Source: a virus (Duplodnaviria > Caudoviricetes). Taken from it: a stretch of 57,845 bases of DNA. Made by a program: the position numbers and the translations under genes. The DNA lies in the IMG/VR virus record IMGVR_UViG_3300025810_000007, positions 1 through 57,845 of that record. The stretch is one strand, 5' to 3'. The stretch's first letter is position 1; every line of letters starts with the position of its first letter. Positions 16,141 through 23,777 of the stretch are shown here, in pieces. The notes beneath the pieces were generated by a model. The model ran no database searches. It was not told where the DNA came from and saw only the letters and a list, made by a program, of their open reading frames with translations.

Positions 16141-16617
16141 ATGGGTGTTCCAAAAAGATTAACAGAGATGCAACAGAGGTTCGCAGAGTTTTTAGTATTC
16201 GGTGGACCAGATGGACCTATGACTCAAACAGAAGCAGCTATCGCTGCTGGGTATAGTCCTAAACGTGCAAGACAAGAAGGATCAGAATTATGCAACCCAA
16301 GACAATCACCTCTTGTTGTAAAATATATCGGTCAGTTAAGAGAAGAAAGACTTCGTAAACATGAAGTGACTTATGAAGGTCACGTTGCAGAGCTTGCTAG
16401 ACTCCGTGAAGCCGCTTTAAAAAAAGGATCGTTTTCTTCTGCAGTGAATGCGGAAGCAAACAGAGGAAAAGCAGCAGGACTATACATAGATAGGAAGATA
16501 ATAAAAACAGGAAAATTAGAGGACCTATCAGAACAAGAACTAGAAGCAAAAATGAAACAGATATTAGACGATTACGCACAGATAATTGATGTGACTCCAA
16601 AGGTTTCATCTTCTTAA
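16141..16617 (+). CDS. terS: Terminase small subunit
   Basis: LTEMQQRFAE...TQTEAAIAAGYS...ARQEGSEL...VVKYI, the Terminase_2-type HTH signature. Confidence 0.8.
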   Translation: MGVPKRLTEMQQRFAEFLVFGGPDGPMTQTEAAIAAGYSPKRARQEGSELCNPRQSPLVVKYIGQLREERLRKHEVTYEGHVAELARLREAALKKGSFSSAVNAEANRGKAAGLYIDRKIIKTGKLEDLSEQELEAKMKQILDDYAQIIDVTPKVSSS

Positions 16618-17208
16618 ATTAAAAGAAATAGATATTCTCTCCTCTTGACTAAAATTAGGCGTTACCAAATGTGGTAACCAACCTGGAAACAATAACAGTT
16701 TGTTTTCTTTAGGAGTGACGTTCCATGCAGGTAAGTTATGTGGTGTATACTTTTCCATCAAATGTGGTTCCCAATCATACTCTATAACATTGTTAGAAGG
16801 ATGTTTAAAATTTATAGTTCCTGAATTTTTAGGAACATTAATATAATAAACACCAGCTAACACAGCGTTAGGATGTATATGTTGTGAGTTCCAATCTTTA
16901 TAACCATTTACATTTACCCAAATATTTGAAATCTTTAATTTTTGAGAATAGTGTATTTTCTTTCTATATTCTTCTCCTGCTTTTAATATTTCTTTAAAAA
17001 GTTTACCTAAAACAGGTGTTTGTTTTATAACATCTTTTATAACAGGATCATCTCCACCCAGTTTTGGAGACTGCCAACCGCCTGCATTACTTGCATCAAA
17101 ACTAACTTTATGTCTTTGTTTAAATTTTAAACAATATTTAGATAACTCATTAAGATTTAATTTTAAATCTTTACTGTAAAGCAATGTAGGAAATAAATCT
17201 TCGAACAT
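16606..17208 (-). CDS. 2OG-Fe(II) oxygenase (TIGR02466-like)
   Basis: LFPT N-terminus, WVN, HIH, GVYY, FPGWLPH, RISISFN. Confidence 0.85.
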   Translation of the reverse strand: MFEDLFPTLLYSKDLKLNLNELSKYCLKFKQRHKVSFDASNAGGWQSPKLGGDDPVIKDVIKQTPVLGKLFKEILKAGEEYRKKIHYSQKLKISNIWVNVNGYKDWNSQHIHPNAVLAGVYYINVPKNSGTINFKHPSNNVIEYDWEPHLMEKYTPHNLPAWNVTPKENKLLLFPGWLPHLVTPNFSQEERISISFNLRR

Positions 17209-17501
17209 TAAATTTTTTGAATCTTCTTCACCCACTGACGAGGTATCATAGTACGATCCCCAAACGTAATACTATCCTCATCTAAATCATAAGACGCAAA
17301 TAGTTTTATTGAATCTTTATCTTTAGAGTATAACCAACCTTCATTAACAGGTCTTGCTAATTTCATTTTGTCAAACTCTTTGTCGGTAGCCCAGCCCGAG
17401 TCGCTGACACAATCAATCCACTCCACTCGAACTCTCGGATAAGGTATATCGGGAGCACCTTCAGCTGCAATTCGTTTTCGTCTTTTCCTAGGCATATTCA
17501 T
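17208..17501 (-). CDS. Conserved hypothetical phage protein
   Basis: VEWID...SGW...GWL...IP motif; candidate promoter TTGTCA-17-TAAAAA upstream. Confidence 0.7.
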   Translation of the reverse strand: MNMPRKRRKRIAAEGAPDIPYPRVRVEWIDCVSDSGWATDKEFDKMKLARPVNEGWLYSKDKDSIKLFASYDLDEDSITFGDRTMIPRQWVKKIQKI

Positions 17502-17512
17502 TTTTACTCTTT

Positions 17513-17783
17513 CGACACCTAAATGACAATTTATTTTTTTCTTGCGCTAAAAATAAAAAAAAACTGAAGGGTGTCGCAAAACCCTGAAATTGAGCTATAA
17601 CCGTTGGTATATATGAATAGTAGCTTCGACACCCCCCCCGTCGCAAGGGTATCGCAAGGGTATCGCAAGTGTCGACTTTTTGCCTCGATTTCGCCATAAT
17701 TGTACACTTCTGACGCAGTTTAGACCAAAGTTCGACACCTTTGCGACACCCTGCCGACACCCTGCCGACACCCATTCGATACC
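17513..17783. repeat. 11-bp iteron arrays (CGACACC/CGATACC core), candidate replication origin
   Basis: Five direct copies at 17733, 17744, 17755, 17766, 17777; inverted GGGTATCGCAA copies at 17647 and 17658 and GGGTGTCGCAA at 17569; A/T tracts at 17520-17565. Confidence 0.75.
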
Positions 17784-17838
17784 AGAGAGTCCTGGATAAA
17801 CTACGTGATAATCCTATAAATAGGTTAGTAATCATGAC

Positions 17839-18066
17839 CTATAATACCTGCTTGTCTGCCTTATTTTGGACATAATATTTCCTCATTACTGCCATTTTGT
17901 CTTCAGCTTCAGCAATAAGCTGTAATAGTTTGTCAACCTCACCTGTTATATCTATGTGTTCAGGTATAATTATATTGTTTTCATTAAAAGACTGTATCTT
18001 GTACCGTGCGTCTTCAATATCTGCTTCATACTTCTTTAGAAGTGTTCTAAATAACATTTCATTCAT
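17839..18066 (-). CDS. Hypothetical protein
   Basis: 75 aa helical (IPEHIDITGEVDKLL), GGAG RBS. Confidence 0.75.
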   Translation of the reverse strand: MNEMLFRTLLKKYEADIEDARYKIQSFNENNIIIPEHIDITGEVDKLLQLIAEAEDKMAVMRKYYVQNKADKQVL

Positions 18067-18169
18067 CTCTCCACCTCTTCATTATTATTTTATTATGTTC
18101 ATCTTCGTACATGATCCATGACTTTTTACCATCAAAGTAATACCCATGTATTTTTCTTTTTACTTTCAT
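18059..18169 (-). CDS. Small hypothetical protein (36 aa, absent from ORF track)
   Basis: Hand translation MKVKRKIHGYYFDGKKSWIMYEDEHNKIIMKRWRDE*; GAGGAGG RBS; ATGA coupling. Confidence 0.6.
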   Translation of the reverse strand: MKVKRKIHGYYFDGKKSWIMYEDEHNKIIMKRWRDE

Positions 18170-18930
18170 TTAAAGTCCTCCTCTTTCATTTTTACATTAG
18201 CTTGTTCTTTCTCATCATGTTTTATTTCATGATACATATCCAAACGTTTAAGAAACTTATGCTTCCACTTACGAAGCTCTGCTCCTTCAACTTTGAATTC
18301 TTGATAGTATAGATCAGGAGTACAAATCATTATAACTCCTTGTTCTATCTTACTATTATGCACATAGTCATGTGCCATGGCGTATGCAGCAATCTGCATA
18401 AAGTAATCTTCAATCCACTCTACTTTCTTTGGTCTGTTCGATTGTTTAAAATCTACAATAGATTCTTTACCATTATGAGAGCAAACTAAATCAGTAGACC
18501 CAGCGTAAAGGCCAGGATAATATAATGTAACTTCAGAGCCATACCACTCTTCAACAGGTGCAAGACCGATCTCAATAACTTTTTGGGCCATGGTTTTCGC
18601 CTTCTGTCCGAGCTCTGTAAGATCATCGTAGCCAGTTCCGAGGATATAGTGCTCCAAGAATTTGTGCATAGCTGTCCCCCGATTACTCGATAGATTTTTG
18701 ATTCGCTCTGCTTCTTGTTCTCCAACTTTGGCCTTCCAGTCTTTTAAAAATTGTTGATCTTTGGTCGCCCCTAATATCGTAGTGACAGAAGGAAGTCTAG
18801 TACCATTTACATCATAGAGCCGTGTTCCGTGGTCCTCGTGTCTTGTTGCATCGACATAGGTATACTTATCACTCTTCTTGATCTTTCGACCAATGTTATG
18901 AAATTCTCTTATATCTTCGTCATTCATCAT
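18166..18930 (-). CDS. PD-(D/E)xK exonuclease (MGME1/Cas4-like)
   Basis: LPSVTTIL, RGTAMH, E...YAGSTDL...IVDFKQS, QIAAY. Confidence 0.85.
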   Translation of the reverse strand: MMNDEDIREFHNIGRKIKKSDKYTYVDATRHEDHGTRLYDVNGTRLPSVTTILGATKDQQFLKDWKAKVGEQEAERIKNLSSNRGTAMHKFLEHYILGTGYDDLTELGQKAKTMAQKVIEIGLAPVEEWYGSEVTLYYPGLYAGSTDLVCSHNGKESIVDFKQSNRPKKVEWIEDYFMQIAAYAMAHDYVHNSKIEQGVIMICTPDLYYQEFKVEGAELRKWKHKFLKRLDMYHEIKHDEKEQANVKMKEEDFK

Positions 18931-19592
18931 TTATTTTTATCCTTTAAATATGCTGGAGCAAAATTTTTAATCGCATTCAATGGTGCTGAATCGTGTATAT
19001 TACCACTAACCGAGATCCGTGTACAATCACTCTTAAACGGTGCAACCCAGTGTTTTAACCACGCAGGAAAGATAAACATATCTCCTTCTTCAGGAAAGAA
19101 AGACATATAAGTTACACAATCTCTAGGTCCATTACCATAGATAAACTGTATACCTCCAGGTCCACAGCTCTTACCATTATAATCAGCATTCTCTTTTTTT
19201 AACTCTTCAGGTATCTGTAAGTATGTTACAAAAGACAACTTACCATCATGATCATGTGGTGGGTTAAACTCATTAGCTTTCTGATAATTTATCCACATAG
19301 TAGTCAAGATATATTCAGGTCTTTTCTCGTACGGTTTATTAATAAATTTTTCAAACATCTGGTCATATACACCAAGATATTGAGACATATACGGTACAGC
19401 TTTAGCTTTAGCTTCTTCACTATACCCCGTCTCTTTCTCTATGATTCCTGCTAGTTTATCTCTAAAATCTTTTTTATTATCTTTAGCTTCATTCAATAAA
19501 AAATTTTTAAACTCATCAGTTATCTTTAATTTAATAACACAGGGTCCCCAATTAAATACACTGACGTTTATCTTTTCTTGTTCATTACTCAT
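18927..19592 (-). CDS. 2OG-Fe(II) oxygenase
   Basis: WIN...NPPHDH...LSFV...FPAWLKH...RISVSGN. Confidence 0.85.
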   Translation of the reverse strand: MSNEQEKINVSVFNWGPCVIKLKITDEFKNFLLNEAKDNKKDFRDKLAGIIEKETGYSEEAKAKAVPYMSQYLGVYDQMFEKFINKPYEKRPEYILTTMWINYQKANEFNPPHDHDGKLSFVTYLQIPEELKKENADYNGKSCGPGGIQFIYGNGPRDCVTYMSFFPEEGDMFIFPAWLKHWVAPFKSDCTRISVSGNIHDSAPLNAIKNFAPAYLKDKNK

Positions 19593-19601
19593 ACTATCTC
19601 C

Positions 19602-20093
19602 TTATTTATCATAATAATTTATATTTAACACGACCCTTTGATTCTGATCTGTGCATGTGCTGCTTGAATGTTTTAGTTTAGAATTGAAAATGACCACTCT
19701 ATTGTCTACACAATCGACTTTACTACCATCTTCAAAGTGTGTTGCGCCATTTGTTGTGTTAAAATACATAATGGCTGTCTTATTTTTATTAGGTGGATCA
19801 TAATCTGTATGATAACCATGAATTAATTTTTTGTGTGATCTGGTTATTAAATTAGCTTTTACTCTCATGATTGCTTTACAATTTAATTTATTAACTATCG
19901 GTGGTACAATATCATTGTAGTAGTTGGACCACATCTTATGGTCTTCGTAGAAGAAATGTATAAACTGAAAACCTTCTTTATCTTCACGACTGTTTACATA
20001 ATCATTGTAGTGCCAAGGAAAAAACTCACCACATAAAATAGCTTTCATTTTTCCATATTCTTCTGGTTCTAAAAAATTATCTATTATCTTCAT
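19602..20093 (-). CDS. 2OG-Fe(II) oxygenase
   Basis: IIDNFL, HTD, KH, RVVLNINY. Confidence 0.8.
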   Translation of the reverse strand: MKIIDNFLEPEEYGKMKAILCGEFFPWHYNDYVNSREDKEGFQFIHFFYEDHKMWSNYYNDIVPPIVNKLNCKAIMRVKANLITRSHKKLIHGYHTDYDPPNKNKTAIMYFNTTNGATHFEDGSKVDCVDNRVVIFNSKLKHSSSTCTDQNQRVVLNINYYDK

Positions 20094-20698
20094 ATACTTA
20101 ATAAATTTAGTTCTAAATCATCACCGATTGTACCTTCTACAAAAACGTTAAAAGATAAACTTATTCTTAAATCATCTTCTTGTTTTACATCAACACCGTG
20201 CATTAAACTTGATGGAAACAAAAATATATCTCCTGTGTGAACAGGATGCCACCAAGACTTACAGTTGTAGGCATTAACTACTTCAGGTGTTAGCTCTATC
20301 ATAGGGTTATTATCTTTATAAAATTTTATAGTGTCTACTTCTCTATTTGCTTTAATATATAAGACTCCAGACAATACACTATTGGAGTGTCTGTGTATGT
20401 GATGACCTTGATTCTTTTCATTCCAGTTTAACCAAGATTGTGTAATGATAGGTGTTACATTGTTCTTACTTTGAAAAACATTATCAAAGTAATATTGTAT
20501 GCATGTAAATAATTTTTTTTTAAGTTTAACAAGATTCTTATCATGTAATACAAAAGTTTCTTTAGAATATTTATTACCCCCTGCATTTAATACAGCATTT
20601 TTTTTATATTTATCAAAACAATTCAATTCTTTATTTGTAAATGGTCTTGTCATTGCAGACATAAATATCGGTGTTGGAAATAAACCTTCTATTTTCAT
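20090..20698 (-). CDS. 2OG-Fe(II) oxygenase (TIGR02466-like)
   Basis: LFPTP, SWLN, HRH, SGVLY, FPSSLMH, RISLSFN. Confidence 0.85.
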   Translation of the reverse strand: MKIEGLFPTPIFMSAMTRPFTNKELNCFDKYKKNAVLNAGGNKYSKETFVLHDKNLVKLKKKLFTCIQYYFDNVFQSKNNVTPIITQSWLNWNEKNQGHHIHRHSNSVLSGVLYIKANREVDTIKFYKDNNPMIELTPEVVNAYNCKSWWHPVHTGDIFLFPSSLMHGVDVKQEDDLRISLSFNVFVEGTIGDDLELNLLSI

Positions 20699-21255
20699 CT
20701 AAACTTTGGTCCTCTTAAAAATATAGCTAATGTAATTCTCTCTCCTTTTGTAATAGGAGTTACTTTGTGATATGTTGGTGATTTAATCATAACAGTATCA
20801 CCAGGATTCTTAAACTCTGGTATCATAAACTCTTCACCTGTAAAAATTTTTAAGTCACCGCCTTCATATTTTTTTTCAGAAAGATTAATTAATATTGTTA
20901 ATTTGATATCGCAGTTCTCACCTTGTGTTGTTGCATCACAGTGCCAGCCATATTCAGAATCTTTACCTTTGTAAGAGTTATAATTTACATGGGCCCAATT
21001 GTTTAATGGAAATACATCATAACCAAAGACATCTTGATTTATGTAAGAATAATATTCTACTACCTCATTCAAATAGTCTTTCATCTTTCTCCAGGCTATG
21101 GTTTTTGTTGTAAGCTTTTTTACATCTTTGTAATTAGCTTTTACTGATTGTTCATTACCATCAAAATTTTTTTTTATATATTTATTTATATCTTTTATTT
21201 GTTTTGAATTTAAAAATGATTGTTTAAACCAGTATTCATATCTATTCTGAATCAT
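20695..21255 (-). CDS. 2OG-Fe(II) oxygenase (PKHD-like)
   Basis: YGWHCD, KLT, YEGGDL, YHKVTP, GERITL; start placed at 21255. Confidence 0.85.
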   Translation of the reverse strand: MIQNRYEYWFKQSFLNSKQIKDINKYIKKNFDGNEQSVKANYKDVKKLTTKTIAWRKMKDYLNEVVEYYSYINQDVFGYDVFPLNNWAHVNYNSYKGKDSEYGWHCDATTQGENCDIKLTILINLSEKKYEGGDLKIFTGEEFMIPEFKNPGDTVMIKSPTYHKVTPITKGERITLAIFLRGPKFR

Positions 21256-21403
21256 CTTCTTCTCTTTCTTTCTGTTCTTTTTCAAATCCTTCATCTAACA
21301 TTTCGGATAGTGTCTTTTCTTTCTTAAAAATTTCATCAAAGTTTTTACGATACAAATCATTAGAAGGTCTACTTATACCATCAAATTTTTCTTTTTTACT
21401 CAT
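21242..21403 (-). CDS. Small hypothetical protein (53 aa, absent from ORF track)
   Basis: Hand translation MSKKKKFDGISRPSNDLYRKNFDEIFKK...DDSE*; fills the gap between genes. Confidence 0.65.
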   Translation of the reverse strand: MSKKEKFDGISRPSNDLYRKNFDEIFKKEKTLSEMLDEGFEKEQKEREEDDSE

Positions 21404-21680
21404 AATCTGAATTATCTACAATTAAACTATCGTCATTTTTATTAAAAGGATATGGATGACCTAAACTAGAATTAAAATGTTTTCCAGGATATTCATACCA
21501 ACCTGTTACTTCTAAATGATCTCTAATTTTTTCTAAACTATGTTTAAAAAATCTTCTGTTTCTGTGATTTAAATATTTTTTAGTTAAATCATCATCAGCA
21601 TTGGCTACTAACCAACCCATTAGTGAATAAACATAATCTTCTTCATCTGTAAAATTTTTCTTTCTTTTAATATCAATCAT
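21396..21680 (-). CDS. Hypothetical protein
   Basis: 94 aa, ATGA coupled. Confidence 0.65.
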   Translation of the reverse strand: MIDIKRKKNFTDEEDYVYSLMGWLVANADDDLTKKYLNHRNRRFFKHSLEKIRDHLEVTGWYEYPGKHFNSSLGHPYPFNKNDDSLIVDNSDYE

Positions 21681-21859
21681 AGTTTTCTTTTTAACTCTTC
21701 TAAATATTCAAAGTTTTCTTGACGTCTTACTAACTCTTCCATCTCTTTGCTTTGTTTAGTTCGAAGTATTTTTGCATGTTTACGCCATGCCCAGGAATTT
21801 ATCTGTCCTGACCATTTCATAATAAAATGTAAACCTTCGTATATGTATTTATCGAACAT
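21677..21859 (-). CDS. Hypothetical protein
   Basis: 60 aa, GAGG RBS, operon position. Confidence 0.65.
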   Translation of the reverse strand: MFDKYIYEGLHFIMKWSGQINSWAWRKHAKILRTKQSKEMEELVRRQENFEYLEELKRKL

Positions 21860-22289
21860 TGTTCTTTACCTCTCTGTACTCTTCTAAACTTATAACATTA
21901 TCTTTTAATGCTTTTTGTGTGTAATGTTCTATTACCTTTTGTATCTTTGGTAGCTTTGTATGAGCCCAAGGCCAAATCAAACAACACACATAGTATGCGT
22001 CTCTAAATGTACAACGCCATCTATATTGTTTCAAGTATGGAGTTCCATCAACTCGTTTACCTTTTCTAGGTTTATCGGTTAGTGTACCACAACCTAATAT
22101 TTCGTGGACCCATGTTAGAACAGATTTATCAGTCATGGTTATCTCCATTGATAAACGTAAACTGTTTGACAATCTATATCCTGGTTTACCCTTGTGTCGT
22201 TTCTTTTTTTCAATACCTCTTCGCATATGTATTGATCCTTCACCATCAAATAATCCTGCAATGTATGCTTTGTCTGTATCAGGAATCAT
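21849..22289 (-). CDS. Free-standing single-motif LAGLIDADG protein
   Basis: AYIAGLFDGEGSI helix, ITMTD, G-G, YRW, TK motifs. Confidence 0.8.
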   Translation of the reverse strand: MIPDTDKAYIAGLFDGEGSIHMRRGIEKKKRHKGKPGYRLSNSLRLSMEITMTDKSVLTWVHEILGCGTLTDKPRKGKRVDGTPYLKQYRWRCTFRDAYYVCCLIWPWAHTKLPKIQKVIEHYTQKALKDNVISLEEYREVKNNVR

Positions 22290-22362
22290 ATTTCCTCACA
22301 TGTATCAGTATAGCTAATACAACAATTGAAACTGCAGTGCCTAAAAAAAACAAACCTATCAT
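22279..22362 (-). CDS. 27-aa transmembrane peptide (absent from ORF track)
   Basis: Hand translation MIGLFFLGTAVSIVVLAILIHVRKYDS*; GGAG RBS; ATGA coupling. Confidence 0.55.
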   Translation of the reverse strand: MIGLFFLGTAVSIVVLAILIHVRKYDS

Positions 22363-22487
22363 TTTTTATCTCCGGTAAAGACCCACTTCACTATTGACGT
22401 TGTTGGATCAAATCCATCAAATCTTAAATCTTTAGTGCATGCTGTCAGAAGTACCATCATCAATCCAACCCATATCAGTTGTCTCAT
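22359..22487 (-). CDS. 42-aa lipoprotein (absent from ORF track)
   Basis: Hand translation MRQLIWVGLMMVLLTA-C-TKDLRFDGFDPTTSIVKWVFTGDKK*; LTAC lipobox; GGAGG RBS. Confidence 0.7.
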   Translation of the reverse strand: MRQLIWVGLMMVLLTACTKDLRFDGFDPTTSIVKWVFTGDKK

Positions 22488-22623
22488 AGAACTCACCCTC
22501 CGAATCACAATCCCAACACTGGTGTATTGTGTCTTGTCCTTCTGTTGCCACTTTTAAATATCCATTACCCTTACAAGTCTGGCAGATAGTTATTGTGACT
22601 TTAGCTTTTTTTAATTTTGCCAT
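22432..22623 (-). CDS. DnaJ-type zinc-finger protein
   Basis: CQTCKGNG and CWDCDSEG. Confidence 0.75.
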   Translation of the reverse strand: MAKLKKAKVTITICQTCKGNGYLKVATEGQDTIHQCWDCDSEGEFYETTDMGWIDDGTSDSMH

Positions 22624-22774
22624 TTAATTTCTTTGCTTTCTCGTTTGCTATTGATTCAATCGTCTTTGCTATAGATAATTTAGCATCGGGCAATAATACC
22701 TTTGATAACTTATCTAAAGTAGCGTATGTTTCTTTTGTTAGAGAAACATTTTTATATTTACTCATGTCTGTCAT
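22601..22774 (-). CDS. Putative ribbon-helix-helix regulator (57 aa, absent from ORF track)
   Basis: Hand translation MTDMSKYKNVSLTKETYATLDKLSKVLLPDAKLSIAKTIESIANEKAKKLNGKIKKS*; strand-helix-helix pattern; GAAAGGA RBS; first gene after a promoter. Confidence 0.65.
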   Translation of the reverse strand: MTDMSKYKNVSLTKETYATLDKLSKVLLPDAKLSIAKTIESIANEKAKKLNGKIKKS

Positions 22775-22799
22775 GCGTTTCCTTTCATATTTAATAACT

Positions 22800-22829
22800 T
22801 ATATATAGGTGATATTGTAGGATTGTCAA
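22800..22829 (-). promoter_or_regulatory. sigma70 promoter with ATCCTACAAT box
   Basis: TTGACA-ATCCTACAATATCACC-TATATA. Confidence 0.65.
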
Positions 22830-23044
22830 TGAAAATATTATTAACTTTATTAATTTGTTCACAAGTTGCAGGTGCTTGTATGGAGCCATATAAATGGCCT
22901 GATAAGTTCAATACACAATATGATTGTCTTATGTTTGGCTATGAAGAATCTTTAAAAAAAATGAAAGAAATAGGTAGAACTGATGTTAATCAATATAATA
23001 TGTTTGTTAAATTCTACTGCACACCAGAAAAACCTAGCATTTGA
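22829..23044 (+). CDS. Small exported Cys-containing protein
   Basis: MKILLTLLICSQVAGAC signal-like N-terminus, four Cys. Confidence 0.65.
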   Translation: MKILLTLLICSQVAGACMEPYKWPDKFNTQYDCLMFGYEESLKKMKEIGRTDVNQYNMFVKFYCTPEKPSI

Positions 23045-23089
23045 CATTGTGGCAAAATAATGATAAAGGAAATTTAATTTCTCACCATT

Positions 23090-23124
23090 ACCTACCCTTA
23101 TTTTTTTCCCTCTTTAGGGTAGGT
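23090..23124. terminator. Hairpin between convergent genes
   Basis: ACCTACCCT/AGGGTAGGT, 9-bp stem. Confidence 0.55.
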
Positions 23125-23127
23125 GTA

Positions 23128-23340
23128 TCATCTACAGATACATCCTTGTAAACTACCACTACCATCATTCATAATGTGTAGGTTTAACGTGTCAACATAT
23201 CCTGTTAATTTTAGTCTTAATATTTCGCACAGGTCCATGCAATCGACTTCGCCCAATAAAGACACATGTTCCATCATCTGCTTTGACAACGGAATTAATT
23301 GATATAGTCCGTCGTTTAAAATAATTAGCTCCATCTGCAA
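23128..23340 (-). CDS. Hypothetical protein
   Basis: 70 aa, AAGGAG RBS. Confidence 0.6.
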   Translation of the reverse strand: MQMELIILNDGLYQLIPLSKQMMEHVSLLGEVDCMDLCEILRLKLTGYVDTLNLHIMNDGSGSLQGCICR

Positions 23341-23434
23341 ACTCCTTTACTAATTTATACCAAAGATCTTTGTAGTAAGGATCTTTAGTTTTATTCCAAT
23401 TGTTAGCTGCTTCGTCTATTTCTTTTTGTGTCAT
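23192..23434 (-). CDS. Hypothetical protein
   Basis: DEAANNWNKTKDPYYKDLWYK; 3' half overlaps the next gene. Confidence 0.5.
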   Translation of the reverse strand: MTQKEIDEAANNWNKTKDPYYKDLWYKLVKEFADGANYFKRRTISINSVVKADDGTCVFIGRSRLHGPVRNIKTKINRIC

Positions 23435-23606
23435 CAAAAACTTTTGTTCCATGATTCAAAACACTTTTTAATCCTGGTGCTTTTATATTTATGTCAACAC
23501 CATAAGACTTCCATGCTTTCTTCATTAGATTTAATTCTAACAACAGATGAGACCACTGACCCTGCGCTGCATCTTCTACTTTTATTGTTATTACTTTTTC
23601 TTTCAT
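23403..23606 (-). CDS. Hypothetical protein, probably leaderless
   Basis: 67 aa; ATG 6 nt after a -10 box. Confidence 0.7.
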   Translation of the reverse strand: MKEKVITIKVEDAAQGQWSHLLLELNLMKKAWKSYGVDINIKAPGLKSVLNHGTKVFDDTKRNRRSS

Positions 23607-23612
23607 ATCTAT

Positions 23613-23640
23613 AATGTAGGATACTTCAGGATATTGTCAA
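23613..23640 (-). promoter_or_regulatory. sigma70 promoter with tandem ATCCT boxes
   Basis: TTGACA-16-TACATT; AGGAT at 23618 and 23628 on the plus strand. Confidence 0.65.
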
Positions 23641-23777
23641 CCTTTACCTTGACCTTTATATCTAGTTTGTTTTTGCTGTCTTTTTTCGTGTTTACTTTTA
23701 TTTTTCTTGTGTTGCCGTGCACCTCTTTTTTTAGGTTTATCACGAGGTGTAAAATGTTTAAAGGTTCTCTTGGCCAT
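23637..23777 (-). CDS. 46-aa very basic protein ending YKGQGKG (absent from ORF track)
   Basis: Hand translation MAKRTFKHFTPRDKPKKRGARQHKKNKSKHEKRQQKQTRYKGQGKG*. Confidence 0.65.
   Translation of the reverse strand: MAKRTFKHFTPRDKPKKRGARQHKKNKSKHEKRQQKQTRYKGQGKG

Noticed and set aside
17627-17783. Possible CRISPR array
   Set aside because: Units are 11 bp and contiguous with no unique spacers, and there is no cas operon. The same applies to the 7-bp heptads.
17488-17835. 115-aa minus-strand ORF
   Set aside because: It translates the iteron array (GVGRVSAGCRKGVE), has no clear RBS and atypical composition; likely spurious.
21849-22289. Group I intron or intein around the LAGLIDADG gene
   Set aside because: Flanking ORFs overlap it directly, leaving no room for intron structure, and no split gene is evident.
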